Shown here: positions 12,701 to 26,300 of the stretch, piece by piece
How positions within the stretch are numbered: position 1 is the stretch's first letter
How the letters are laid out: every line of letters begins with the position of its first letter
Source of the DNA: Cenococcum geophilum
Taxonomy: Eukaryota
NCBI GenBank assembly: GCA_050273025.1
Contig: CP158635.1
Span: 24,738,001 to 24,802,000, forward strand
Direction: 5' to 3'
Length of the DNA stretch: 64,000 nucleotides
The notes under the pieces: model-generated
Databases searched by the model: none
The model's input: the letters and a program-made list of their open reading frames with translations, nothing else
Told to the model about the DNA's origin: nothing
Position numbers and translations under genes: made by a program

Positions 12701-13950
12701 ACGGATATAGGAAGAGTAGTAGGTGTAAATAGAGCAGGCCCTATTTTTAGTACTTAATAGTTTAAACGGAGCCGCGGTATTAGCCAAAGATCTACTTCCG
12801 TTTTAGGTTATAAAAGAGGTAAGTAAGCTTTATACGGAAGACGCGTATAACCAGATCGGGCCTATCTATAATAGTTTGGCCAAATAGTAGCTCGTAGGTA
12901 ATCTTACCCTGCTTAGGGTTAGCAATAAATATAAGAAATATACTAGGACGGCTGTATTTATAGATAATAGCTATTAAATCCTAATATCACTAGCTAATAA
13001 AGCGATCTCCACTAAGAAAACTAAATAGAAGGACTACGCGGCGGCCTAATAATTTAGGGTCCAGATTATAGCGTATAGGAGCATTTATAATGCTATTATA
13101 TAGATTTACGCGGAGGGTTATTTAGTTAAAGCGGATCTAGGTAAGCTTATTTTAATTATATAGCGCCTATACATCTATAACATACTACTAAAATAGCTAG
13201 TAGTAGGTAAAAGGAACTAACCTAGAGTTGTTACGGACGTATAGGTAGAACTAAAAGTATACCCATTAGGTTAAACGGTCTTGCTAATAGGCTTAATTAG
13301 AGTTACGTAGCTAGAGACCCTAGTGCCAGCCAGTATCACTATAAGGGAAGAGCAGTATATAGTGGAGCGGTATATATACGGCATGTATTAGGTTAATACG
13401 GCAGTACTACAGCTACTTATTAGGCGCATAACGCTCTATAAGTATAATATCGCGGAAGCTGGCATTACCATACTCGTCTAGTATAATAACGGCCACCTTA
13501 TTACTTATTAGGAGGTTCTTATAGCGCTAATTAGCACTAGCCTCTAAGATAAGCCGCATTTATAGGTTTAAGATAATCTATAATAGGGCTATTACGGGCT
13601 AAGCCTAAAGCCGTTCCCTTATAGTTTAATAGAGGGCGATAAAAGGGTTCCGTTCCTTAAATAGCATAGTAGCAAAATACTATAGAATAGTTATATCTAG
13701 CTAAGTATTAGGACGGGCCTATAACTAGATATTTATAGTATAACAAGGGTTGTAAAAGTATAGCTAGGTATACCGCGGAGCAGTATTAGTAGGAGGCTTT
13801 AGCGGGCCCTATAGATAGTAAAGCTTACTATGTATTTAGAAGCAATTTAGGCCGCTATAAGCTATACTATGGTTAGTAACGGTATAGTTTACGGACGTAA
13901 AAGCTAATACTACATTATATACGCGGAGCCGCTCCTTAAACTACCTAGTA
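9740..13950 (-). pseudogene. Helitron RepHel (HUH Rep endonuclease + PIF1 helicase), C-terminal part
   Basis: I(E)Y(Q)K(R)GL(P)(H)LHLLLF (~12740), YISKY.YKGSD (~12005), FFL(Q)GP(A)(G)T(G)KTF (~10995), and PIF1-type tail NIIY(P)(E)VL (~9760). Confidence 0.93.
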
Positions 13951-13955
13951 GAAAT

Positions 13956-14141
13956 TGTCAGATAATCTGTATTCTCTAGAGGCGTAGACCGTGCACAAGT
14001 TACGAGCACGAGTTACGTGCAGTGTAAACCTCTTTATCTAAGCCTGAGGGCCCTAGGTCCAAGGTTAATTAACCTTAAGACAAGATTATTAATTAATTAA
14101 CCTATTTTATTAATAAATAGCTTAATATAAGCTTTGTAACA
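13956..14141 (+). repeat. Copia 5' LTR
   Basis: tgtcagataatc...tttgtaaca; direct repeat of 19667-19852, differing by transitions. Confidence 0.95.
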
Positions 14142-14274
14142 GTTATAAGCCCAGTCCGCCGAGATAAAAAGCTATTTAGCTATTATTTAATTATTTAAAG
14201 AAATTCTACCTTATTATTAGACTCTAACACCTTATTGTTAAGACGCAGACTCTAATAGAAATCCTACCTTAATT

Positions 14275-14580
14275 ATCACAGGACAAGATTCCACGAGATT
14301 CTACGAGATTCGACCTTATCGTCACAGGACGATCCTGACGAGAGATTCAACCTTATCGTCAAAGGATGATCCTGACGAGAGATTCAACCTTATCGTTAAA
14401 GGACGATCCTGACACGAGATTCCATGAGATTCCACGAGATTCCATCTTAATCGTCATAGGACGATCCTGACGATAGGACGATCCTGACGATAGGACAATC
14501 CTAACGACAGGACGATCCTAATAATAGGACGATCCTGACAATAAGGACGATCCTAACGACAAGGACGATCCTAATGATAA
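14275..14580 (+). repeat. Tandem repeats in the Copia 5' leader (aggacgatcctgacga core)
   Basis: About 17-bp and about 37-bp units are repeated many times. Confidence 0.85.
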
Positions 14581-14599
14581 AATACTATCTTAATTCCTT

Positions 14600-17500
14600 C
14601 TTTACCCATTAGTTAAATAACTCCACCAACGTTAAGTTTATTAACCACAATTATCCTTAATAAGCTAGAAGACTGGGAGCAATAGATCTGGTAACTATAA
14701 GCCCTTATAGATTAGTAAATTTGGGCCTACGTTAACCTAGCTATAGAAGCACCTTAAGAAGGTTTACTTAAAAAACCACCTTTTCTAAAGGTTATAGACT
14801 TTAATAAAAATGCGACCTTATATATATAGCTCTTAATAAATTAATAGAGAGCGTATAAGAATAGTAGATAATACTATAACTAAGATATAAAGTACTTCCT
14901 GAAATAGGAAGAGTATCTACAACAAATACGCACCTAGATTACATCTATAGTATTAATTTAGAAGAAGCTACTGCTTAACCCTTCCTTAACCGTTAAAGAA
15001 TGGCTATCTTAGTTAAAGGAGAATATAGAACCTATCTTATCGTTTATTAGGAAGAAGGTATAATACCAGTATATAGAAGCCCTTAAGGGGTTTAAATAGT
15101 TGTTAAAATTAAACCAATGGCTAGATTAATAGGAATATATAATAGTACTAGGAGAGAAGTATAAGATCCCTTAAATATTAGAAGGAATCTAGCTTTAAGA
15201 TTTAGTAGATGTTATTTAACCTTTTAGCGACGCCTACTATATAAAGTATACTACCGAGTTAAATGACCCTTAGAAGTTAAGATCTTCTGAATACTATAGA
15301 GTAGCAAAGGAGCTGTAAGAAGGACTTATAAGACCCTTAAAGAAAGCCAATACTACTATAAGGGGGAGTACCTTTAATGCAGACTTCGTAGAGCAAGCTA
15401 TTAAGGATTACTCTAATACTACTAAAGGCTTATAAAGAAAGACCTTGGTACGCACTAGTTGCTTAAAGAGAGCTGGGTTACTAGTTAAGGAGACGTCCTA
15501 AAAGAAACCTATACCTAAGTGCTTAGCGTGCAAAAGACGAGGACATTTACTTTAGGACTATTAGTGTTTATTTAAAGAGAAGAGACCTATAGGAGTTATA
15601 ATTAAAGAGAATCGCATTAATAGGGTACTAAAGAAGGTATAAGGGAATAAGGATCTTACTAACTAAGTTATAAAGATTAGACTTAAAGAATAAGAAGACG
15701 AGGCTTAATAATAATAGGATAAGAAGAGTTATAAGATAGTTAAGATTAAGGGAGAAGCTAATATAATATTCTTAGAATTATATTATACTAGTTAACTCCA
15801 TCTATTAAAGCTATTAATTATCCTTAATTTAGGAACTACTCTCTATATCTTTAATAATCTCTCTTGTTTCTATAACTTAAGGAAAGCTCTAAGATATAAA
15901 TATGTTATTACCGGCAGCTCACAAGTGCCTATACTAGGCTACGGCGATATTACCGTCTAAGTCACAAAACCAGACAAGAGTAAGGGAACCCTACGTCTTA
16001 AGGACGTTACCTTTTGTATGGACTTTAATACAAATCTAGTGTTGTTTTGTCTACTTTAAAAATAAGGGTACTACTAGGACAATAAAGAAGACAACAATCT
16101 TCTTATTTAAAAGGATAATATAATCCTATATTAAATAGAAGAATATTATGGATAATAGACTATTAAATACGTCCAATTAGGAAACTTAAAATCCGCATTT
16201 AATATTAGCTATTTAATGCGCCGTCGATGGAAGCGGATATTATTAAGAGACGCTTATCTAGATTTAAAAGGTAATGTATATCTATAGTATCTACGTCTAG
16301 GATATCTAGGACCTATAAGCCTTTATTATTTAGGTATTAACGCTTTAGGAGTTAAGCTTTAAGGCCCTAAGATAACGGAATATTAATATTGCAGTCTCGC
16401 TAAAATTAAGCGTTAGGTCTTAAGAAGGTTCTTAAAATAGAATATTAATAAACCTTATTTTAACCTCTATATTAACTAGACTAACCTTAAGAAAGCGCAT
16501 ACTAGATTTATACAAGTTATGCTTATCTACAACACCTTCTTAGGAAGAACCTTCCCGTATTTTATAACGACGTATAGTAAGGAGAAGGAGACACTATAAG
16601 TACTTAAAGACTTTATCTAATAGATTCGTCTAAGGTATAACCTTAAAGTTAACACTATTAGATCAGATAACGAGCTAGGGAGAAGAAGAACCCTTAAATA
16701 GCTATAGACCCAAGGGATTATATTTAAGCCTTTGGCGCTATATACCTAAGTATAGAATAGTACCGCCGAACGCTTAGGGGGTGTAATTATTAAGAGAGCA
16801 TAAGTAATAAGAATTGCTGCTAATCTACTATATGACCTATAGAATGAAATAGTTAACTATATAGTCTACCTTTGAGATTAAACGCCACGGGAAAGCAACG
16901 GTTAGAAATCGCTATATGAGAGGTTCTATACCTTCCTAGCTAATAAGAGATTAAAAAAGCCGCAACTGGCGCACCTAAAAGCCTACGGCTGTAGGGTGTA
17001 TGTGATAACGTTGGACGCCTAGCTGAAGAAGAAAAGGCTGAGTAAGCTAGATCCGCGAGCCCATATTGGCTACCTTGTTAGCTATAACTCTACTAATATC
17101 TATAGGATCTGGATCCCCTATAAAGGTATCGTCATCTCTACTAGGGACGTTATCTTTAATAAAAAGATGTTCTTTAACGGTAAGTAAACGGATATCTTAA
17201 AGGATTTATACGCCGAATTAGAAATACTAATTAAGAAGATTTAACTTCCTAATAGCCTAACTAAGAATGAGGTTCTTCTAGAAGATAATAAAGAAGTATT
17301 TAAACCGTTAATTTAAGAGGAAGACGACGACGTTAATAAGCCAGTTTAAACCTTTAATGAGTTAGCAGATCTTAAGCTTGTAAGAGCTCTTAAAGATATA
17401 TATTATACGCTACCTCTAATAGAAGAAGATAAAGAATCTCTATGTGCCTTTTACGTTAAGTATCCTACGAAGTTAGATATATAAGATACTAATTAAGACG

Positions 17501-19510
17501 TTACTTATTAAGCAGGAGATGCGTTTAATACTTAGGGGGTGCTTAACGACTTAGTTAAAGACTTATTTAAGAAAGCCGGCGATTATAGGTTTAAAGACTT
17601 TATTACTAAAAGGATCACTTTAGCCTATTACGGCGCCTTCTTAGCAGGAAGGAAGTTTAACCTTAATAGTTGACTTAACGATAGTAAGCTAAAATTAGGC
17701 AGAATATGTGATGTTAGATTATATAGGAAGAATTTACCTCCGCTACCTTAGTTAATCCGCAACCTTAATATATATCCTTTTTAAGATTAGTTTTAAGAAG
17801 CTTAGCGAGCTTATCTCTAATCTTATTATTAAATGAGGTCGTTTTAAGAAATAGATAAGAAGTATATAAAGGGATAGTAGGTCCTTAGCTTAATATAGGT
17901 GTTTGTCTATAAGACGGATAAGTACGGATTTCTCTAGAAATATAAGGCACGCTTAGTAGTTTGTGGAAATTAATAGGCCCTAGGAGACCTACCTATAAGA
18001 GCTACTATATTAGCTAGTACGACCTTCTAAACCCTTATAGCGATTACCGCAAAATTTAACCTAGAGATAACATAGATAGATACAGTTAATGCGTTTGTTT
18101 ATTGCGATCTCGACGAGGTCGTCTATATAAAGCTACCGCTAGGGTTTAATAAAGGAAAAATAGATAAAGTACTGCGCTTAAGAAAAGCCCTATACGGACT
18201 ATAATGATTACCACTGTTATGGCAGAAGAATCTTATAAGCTTGTTGAACGAATTAGGTTTTAAAGAGGTACCTTAGGAGCCGTGTGTTATGCTAAAAGGT
18301 AGAATAGTTATCTTCTTCTACGTTAACGATATTGTCTTCTGCTACTAAAAGATAGATAAGAAGAAAGCTTAAGAAGCAATTAAGAAGCTAAGCAAGGAAT
18401 ACTAGATAAGTACCCTTAGTAAGCTAAAATGGTTCCTAGGAATCTACGTGCTATGTGATTATAGCTAGAGGCTCCTATGGCTATCCTAGGAAGCCTATAT
18501 AGAGAAGATAGCTAATTAGTATAAGATAGATCTTAAAGGGCGTCTTTTAGATACTCCTATAGCAGAATTAGAACTCCTCCCTACTAATCACCAATTAATC
18601 TATCCGACGCGTCCGTCCCCTAATATAGACCTATTAGTCCGTCCTATATCCCTACCAGCCTCTATAATACTATATTAGAGAAAATTGGGTTTAGTACTCT
18701 ATATAGCTACTACAACGCGTCCGGATATTGCCTTTGCAGTATTATGGCTGGTAAGGTTTAATTAGAACCCAAGCTAAGAGCATTATTGAGCGGTAGATAG
18801 AGTTATCCAGTACCTATATAGCATAAGAAGTAGAGCAATCTGCTATGGAGGAGATAAGGAAGGAATAAATAGTAGAGGGAGAAACAAAGGAATACGCGAT
18901 AAAGGACGAGACAACGGAAGAGATGGTGCGCAATTATTTATCTATATTAGCGACGTATTATTTATGGACAACTCCGTTAATAGAAAGAGCTTATAAGGAT
19001 ATATTATAAAGCTATTTAGGGGGCTAATTGCCTAGAGAGCAAATAAGCAGGGTATGGTTACAACGTTAAGCATAGAAGCTAAGTTGTTAGCCCTATTACA
19101 GATAATAAAGAAAGCTATCTTTATTAGTAGGCTGTTTAAAGCAATAACGCTACACCTAAACGAGCCCTTAATTATTAAATGCGACAATATCTAGACGCTC
19201 TAACTGATTATAAAAGACACGGCAAAGCTAATTACAAAGCTCTGACACGTTAATATCTATTAATATTGGCTACGTCAGGAATACGCAATAAGATAAGTAT
19301 AATTTTAATAGATAGTAATAAAGGAGATAATTGCTAATAGACTTACGAAGGCCCTGCCTAAGCAGAGGTTTTAAAGCTTTGTTAATATAATCGGAATAGT
19401 AGATATTAAGGAGCGGCTGAATAAGGAAAAGCAACTAAAGGACCTAAGGGATAGTATTAGAGCAAGACGGAAGGATTTAGATGAGATTACGGTTTAATTA
19501 ACGCATTAAT
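14600..19510 (+). pseudogene. Copia gag-pol polyprotein
   Basis: Zinc knuckle CLACKRRGH (~15525), protease IL(D)(S)GTT (~15825), integrase L(W)(H)LRLG(H), RSDNE and N(G)TAER, RT KARLV / (Q)(M)D.VNAF / YV(D)DI (~18325), RNase H (E)A(E)LLAL and CDN. Confidence 0.93.
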
Positions 19511-19666
19511 AAGCACAAGAAGGGTCGCTAAGGCGCTAGCCGTAAGCGAGCCAATAGCGATTTTCTATCCCGGGGATGGAAAATCCTAATTAGTTGGCAG
19601 AAGTTGGCAGAATTTGGCAGGAAGATAGTTAGCTTTAACCTTAAAGAGCTCGAAGCTAAGGGGGTG

Positions 19667-19852
19667 TGTCAGATAATCTGTATTCTCTAGAGGCGTAGAC
19701 CGTGCATGAGTTACGAGCATAAGTCACGTGTAGTGTAAACCTCTTTATCTAAGCCCGAGGGCCCTAGGTCTAAGGTCAATTAACCTCAAGATAAGATTAT
19801 CAATCAATTAACCCATTTCATTAATAAACAGCTTAATACGAGCTTCGTGACA
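19667..19852 (+). repeat. Copia 3' LTR
   Basis: tgtcagataatc...ttcgtgaca, followed by the TSD gaaat. Confidence 0.95.
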
Positions 19853-19857
19853 GAAAT

Positions 19858-20500
19858 ACTATAGGACTCTAAAAGATCGCGTAGATATTCTAGTAAAGGC
19901 TAAAATAAAGGAAGGTTTATATTGCCGTATTTATAGTAGGCTTTAAACCGTAGATTACTAGGCGGTAATATATTAATACGTTTATTAACCCAATATAGGG
20001 CCGCGTAGAAGTTGTAGGTAATGTCTATAGGACCGAGATCTAGCTACTCCGTAATATAGCGGATTATAGTAATAAAACCACAATCTAGCTGCTCCGCAAT
20101 AGGGCAGACTATAGTAATAGGCCTAATATCTAACTGGCCCGTAATAGGGCGGACTATAGTAGGTCGCGGCTAGATTAATACGGGCGGTATAAGGAGGCGG
20201 GAAGTAGAGGGAGAAGCAGCGGCGGAGTTCGTAGCTATAGTTTAGTTTATAGGCTGCGGAGGGTCCGCTAAAGGTCGTTATTAGGACCGTCCCTTTCTTT
20301 TCTCCTATATATAGAGTTAGAAAGGCAGTAAGTAAAAAAAGAGAATAAAAAGAATTAACCCTATAAAATTTATAGGTCTTATACGGAGCTCTTTAGCGGG
20401 TTAGTATAAAGTTAGCGAAAGGGCGAGTTTATAGGTGTTACAAAATATACAATTAAAAGGCATTTAGGTAGTAGGGAGGGAGTATAGTAGGTAGGGTAGT
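19858..20500 (-). pseudogene. Helitron RepHel, N-terminal part
   Basis: Continues the RepHel sequence across the Copia TSD. (M)DIT(C)NF(C)AAL(H)WVN(E)...(C)(C)K.G.INLP zinc-binding motif, typical of the Helitron N-terminus. Confidence 0.8.
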
Positions 20501-20828
20501 AATATATAGAAGATATTTAAGCAGTAAGGGGTAGAAAGAGGTTATAAGGTTGCAAATTTAATAGGGTAGCACGTAAGGTAGCACGTCCCCTTATTATATA
20601 ACCTGAACCAATTTTTAACTAATTAGAACCTTAGGTTTAACCCAAACTCAATATATATTAGATAGCCTGCTCGCCTTCTCCCTACACTTCCTCCCTTTAC
20701 CACCCTCGTTCTACTTCCTCTCTCTTTCCCTTTATTATCCTTATTCTACTTTCTTTCCCAAAATTTAATCCTTATTTATAATGCTTACCTTACCTATTTA
20801 GCAAACTCGCCGTTGCTAGAATGGTAGT

Positions 20829-22240
20829 ATACCTATTAAAGTAGCTGCTCTAGCTTACAGGACGGAGAAGAGAGGAGCACTCTACGCCGCCGCCGTTTAT
20901 TAAAACTTAAATTTATAACTTTAAAGTCTAGACTTAGATATAGACAACGATCTAAATATATATATTTATTTAGAAGATAGTATAGATTTAAATTCTAGAG
21001 AATTAGATACGGAATTAAATGCGGAATTAGATATAGAATTAGATACGGAGTCTAATATAGAGTTAAATGCGGGATTAAACGTAGAATTAGACTCTAAAGC
21101 TAAGGAAATACTAAAAGACATTACTAAATTAGGAGAGGAGGGACCTACGAAACTAAGCTATACTTCTTATACTAAGAAACTATAGAAGAGGGAAGGCGAA
21201 ATTTGGGAGATATAAATTATAAAAAATTCCGCTAACTTATTATTACACCCTCTAATTACTATAAACTAGGTACTGCCTAAAAATAAAAAAAAACCCTAAA
21301 AAACCATAAACGGTTAGCTACGTAAATACGCCCTAATGGTATTTAAAGCATATCTTTACTAACAGAAGAGAAATTTTTAAATTAAGAAGGAGAGCTTAAT
21401 GCGAAGCTATTAAAAACGAATTAGTATATAATATAGACCTTATACGCCATTAAATGGACAGTAATGTCCTTAATAATATTTATAATATAAGTTTATACCC
21501 CTTTTTTAAGGTAGGCTAATAGATATAGAAGTAGATCTTAAGCCTTAAGCTTAATAAGTTGCAAAAGGAAAAATACGCTATATTCGTCTAAGACCTTTAT
21601 ACTATCCTCTACGCTCTCTAAATTAATAATACTAAGCTACTCTATAGCTTTATTTAAGTCTAAATTTCACTTCTTCTCCTACTTAGCGTAGCTATAGCTA
21701 TAAGACTAGGCGCTCTAGTGGAAAGCGTTAGTGCTAAAGGTAGTAACAAAGCCATCTAGTTTAAGAATATTAACATTATAGTTATTTATAGTAAGAAATA
21801 CTCTAATAAAAGTACGGTTGTGGTAAATATAAACCTAGAACATATTAAGAATAAAAAAAAGGATAGTAAACTATAAGCTTTATACTGTATCTAAATAATA
21901 TATCTTACTAACTATAAATCTATAGAAAGAAATTTACCTTCTATCTAGAAGACCTTCTTATATTCTATATTATTTTATATATCTTAGCTATTAACGTTAG
22001 TTAAGATGCATTCTAAGATAGCTTTATAAGTATTTAAGATATCTTTAACCTTTAAGGTACCGGCGTACCGCGATATACTATATATTAGGTAGAAGGACGA
22101 AGTACTAGATTAGCTATTCTTCTATAACGTTAGCTATATAACTAGGGGTAGCAATATTATAAAAGAAAAGGCCTTTCTATACGCTAAATACTGTAATATA
22201 TTTATACGCCTAGGGCTTATTACTAGGTTTAAGGAGGCAC
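20829..22240 (+). pseudogene. DUF3435 tyrosine recombinase (Starship captain type), 5' part, spliced
   Basis: Acidic N-terminal 12-nt repeat (ELDT/ELDA), then LLLLS.A(T)A(T)R(P)GALVES, NLEHIKNK, KFTF.LEDL, and F.RLGLI(A)(G)FKEA. It is cut by the Gypsy insertion at the TSD ggcac. Confidence 0.82.
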
Positions 22241-22664
22241 TATAACGGAACCTTATAGCAAGTACTACAATAGGCTCGTTATTAGGCTAGGTGTATAGGT
22301 AATGCAAATTAAAGTCAATAACGTAATAATAACTGGTGGAGTGGTTGCCTAATAGATTAACTTTAATTGTATTTTAAGAATTATTATAAAAAAGGAACTA
22401 TCTAGGTAGGGATTAAGGGTCCTTAAATACACAACCGTACTCCTATAAAATCCTTCTTATATATAATATACGTGTGCTTTATCTACTCTATCGCGGATTA
22501 TATAGATTCCGCAAATTATATAGATTACATTACGTGACTTCGGCTACTATTCCTCGTCATATAGCTCTACCGGCTCTATCCTAGACTATACTTATATTAA
22601 CTAACTAGCTTCTTCTAACTCTTCTTTAAGTAGTTATAATATTGTACTTAAAGCGTCTATAACA
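22241..22664 (-). repeat. 3' LTR of Gypsy copy C
   Basis: Direct repeat of 54916-55340. Confidence 0.95.
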
Positions 22665-22789
22665 CCATCTCCCTCCTTTTTATCTTTATCCTTAAAGATT
22701 TCTAATATCTCTAAGTTGTTTACTAGAGGTACAATATCCGTCTAATTAATTTAGTTAATATTATTGCTTATTATACCTAAAGCAATTTC

Positions 22790-23330
22790 TTCTTCTTCTT
22801 CTACTACTACTTGTCGTATTCGTACTATAGTTACGATATTATCTCTTAGTAAGATTATACCGTTTCTATATTCTCGTTATTTAAAAGAGGGGCTAGTCTA
22901 TATTATATTAGCAAACCTATCTTTATAATAACCGTCCTCTTACTTAAAGTATACTAAAGCGAATATTTATTTATCTTATAAAGTTTGCTCTATCTCTAAT
23001 ACTAAATATACATAACCTATTACTTTTAATGGTTGTTTAGTTTCCTGGCTAATTTATTTTAGGGTTTTATATTTAATCTACTGCTACGTAGCTAGATAAT
23101 AAACTATCTATTACTCTAGCAAAGTTACGCCGTTCTTATAATGCAAAATAGGAGGCTGCTAATACTTAGCAACGGGCTCTTAAGTCTTATCTTATAGCGT
23201 CTACTTAGTTAATCTATCTTAAGAAGGTTTATAAAAAGGTCCGTTTTAAAAAGTAAAAACTTATAAAATAGGGTTTATAGGAACTTAGTAATAAAAAAAC
23301 GGATCCTCTTTTAGCTAAGAAGGAAACAGA
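22790..23330 (+). pseudogene. Antisense accessory ORF with a Zn2Cys6-like motif (copy C), with a probable intron
   Basis: (C)SR(C).KEGLV(C)I......(R)(Q)PSS(C)..(C)TKAN....(C). A putative intron ends gctaat...ttttag near 23061, followed by a coiled-coil-like exon. Confidence 0.55.
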
Positions 23331-23349
23331 TCTAAGTAGTTTAGTAACT

Positions 23350-26300
23350 ACTCTTCTTAGGTCCCCCTTAGGTAACTTATTCTTTAGCGATCCTTTTTTA
23401 TTAATACTACCTAACCTAATCTCTTCTAATACTTCTATACCTTTCTTATAGTATTCTTTAGGTTCTCTAGTAGCTCCTAGGTAGTCTTATTATAGCCTAT
23501 CTACTTTACCTTATACTATATTTTATTATTAACGTCCTTATAACTAATAACCTTTAAAACTTACTATTTATTTTCTTCTTATCCTCTATATATGTCTGCT
23601 TTATAAACTAGTGGCTTAATATTCCTATATACTAGCTTTAGTATTATAATATACTATATAGGGTAGATCTTTATTTTGGCTAGTAGGTTTAACTTAAATA
23701 TAACTAGTAAAATCTTTTACTTAATTTTAAAAGGTCTTAGTCTAATATAGTCCAACTTCTTACTTAGTCGTTAACACTTAAAATTTTTATATAGTAGCTA
23801 TATTTTATCTCCCTCTTTAAAATCTAATCCCTTAAATCTCTTAGTATTATAGTACTTTTTTTATTCTTTCTTATACCTTCTTTACTAATTTTATAAGGTC
23901 TATATAAAGATTTATTAACGTCTTTATTCTTTCTTTAGCTATACTGCTTATTTTCTTTACTTATTATAGTAATAACAATATCCTTAGCTTATATCCATAA
24001 TTTGCCTTAAATAGTAATATACTTATTCCTTCTTATAGCATTATATTATATACGAACTATATAACTAGTAGTAACGATACCCAATTGTTTTATATTTAAT
24101 TAATATAATATCTTAGATACTATTTTAGTATCTAATTTAATCTTTCCGTTTAACTATCTATCTGCAGATAATATACGGTAAAAGTTACTACTCTAACTTC
24201 TTATTCCACTAAGAATACCTCCTAAAATACTATTATAAATCTTAGATCTCTGTCTAATATAATCTTACTTAGTGCTCTATGCCTTATAAATACTTCTTTA
24301 ATATAGATTTTAGCAATATCTTCTGCTAATATTTTTTCTGTATATGCTATAAAGTATCCCTACTTTATAAGCTTATCTACTATTACTAAAATCGCGTTAT
24401 AATCTTGTCCGGTAATAGGGTCTCTTAACTTTAGTAACTTTATAATAAAGTTCTATAATATAACCTCCTATAGTCTCTCTAGTATTTTAATAGGTTATAG
24501 CCCTCTATATAGCTTATGCCTTATTAGTTTATTTCTTTAGCAATCTAGGTATTCCTTTATAACTTTCCGTACTAAGCCCTAAATTCCGTTAATAATATAC
24601 TCCTCTTAGAGTCTTAGCACTAGGCCTATAGCTCTATTATATCCTTAAGTTAATCCCTTATAGAAATCTTCTATAAATTATTCTGCTATGCTTTTTAGGA
24701 TATACTTTATTTCTTAATTTTTATATATATCCGCTTATAGATCTTCTAGCTATGCTTTTAGAATTCTTTATACCTAAAAGCTTTTTAGTAACTTATAACT
24801 CTTTTCTAGTTCTTCTTAAGTTACTATAATCTTTAGATAATTATACCTAATTAATCTATCTATATCCTTTCGCAGTAAAGCCCTTAATGGCTTTCGTTAT
24901 TTTATAATTTAGCTTTTTAACTTAAAGCATCTACTTATATATTATCTGTTTCCTTAGTATACTAAATCTTAAAATAGTATTCTATAAGCATCTCTACCTA
25001 TCTAACCTATCTTTAATTAAGTTCCTTTATTATTAGGAATCCTATTAGGTTCTTATAATCTATCTTAACTATAAATAGTTTCTCTATACCTTATAAGAAT
25101 ACTCTCTATTTCTTTAGTACTGTAACTATACCTAATAACTCCTTATTATAGATATTATAGTTTATCTCTAGTAGTGTTATCTTTTAACTATAATATACTA
25201 CTAGGTGTTATCCATCCTAATATTTTTATATAAAGTATGCCCCTAGTATAAAGTCTAATATATCTGTTTCTATAACTGTTTCTAGTTTTAGTTAATAGAT
25301 TTTAAGAACTAGCTCCTAGGTAAATAACCTTTTAATTTCTTTAAATAATTCTTATTACTCTTCTCCCTATATTTATAGTTTTTCTTTCTTTGTTAATCGC
25401 GTAAATGGTTTAATATCCTTTAACTATTGCGCTATAAACCTTCTATAGTAATTACAAAACCCTAGGAACAATCTTAACTATATAATATTCTCTAGTTCTT
25501 ACTAATTTACTATAGCCTTAATCTTTTTTAGATCTATACTAAGTTGGCCTAGTTTAATAATAAATTTAATAAAATTAGTCCTTTTAGTAAAGAACTTATA
25601 TTTCTTAATTACTACTAGCATCTGTTCTTCTTATAGTCTCTTTAAGACCTATTTAACGTGTTCTCTATATTCTCCTTTAGTTATTAAGTAGATAATAATA
25701 TTGTTAAGATATACCATAATAAATTTATCTAAGTGTTCTCCTAATATATTATTAATACGCTTCTAAAACATTACTAGTATGTTTATAAGCCTAAATTATA
25801 TAACTAATAGTTTGTATAACCCTTCCTTTAACCTAAAAACTGCCTTCTATTTATCGCCTTCCTTAATTCTAATCTAATGGTACGCCTACCTTAGATCTAT
25901 CTTTATAAAGATCCATACATTACCTATCCTATCTTAGATTTTACTAATTAAGGGTAAAAAATACCTATCCTTTCTAGTAATGCTATTTAACTATCTATAG
26001 TTAATATACAGCCTTAGTTTACTATTTTTCTTTAGTATAAATAGTACTGGATATCCTACTAATAACTGCGATAGTTAGATATATCCCTTTTGTAAGTTTT
26101 CCTAGATAAACTCTTTTAACGCTCTACCTTCTTCTTTAGTAAGCTTATAGATTAGAAAGAACCTTAAACTTATTCCTGGTTTTAATTCTATCTTATAGTC
26201 CTATACTGCGTATTCTAATAGCTTTTTACTTTCCGGTGACTATAGTTTCTTACTATACTTATAGTATCTCTTTAGTACGTAACTTAGTCCTTTTTCCGTT

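Larger units (their letters stand above)
13956..19852 (+). mobile_element. Full-length Ty1/Copia LTR retrotransposon, RIP-degenerate
   Basis: 186-bp TG...CA LTRs and 5-bp TSD gaaat (13951-13955 and 19853-19857). gttataagccc follows the 5' LTR. PPT aaggggg precedes the 3' LTR. Domain order is PR-IN-RT-RH. Confidence 0.96.
7147..20590 (-). mobile_element. Helitron rolling-circle transposon (3' end near 7147, 5' end unresolved), interrupted by a Copia element
   Basis: Contains the RepHel pseudogene. GC hairpin gccgcc-gctttt-ggcggc at 7191-7208 lies close to where LTR homology ends. Confidence 0.8.
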
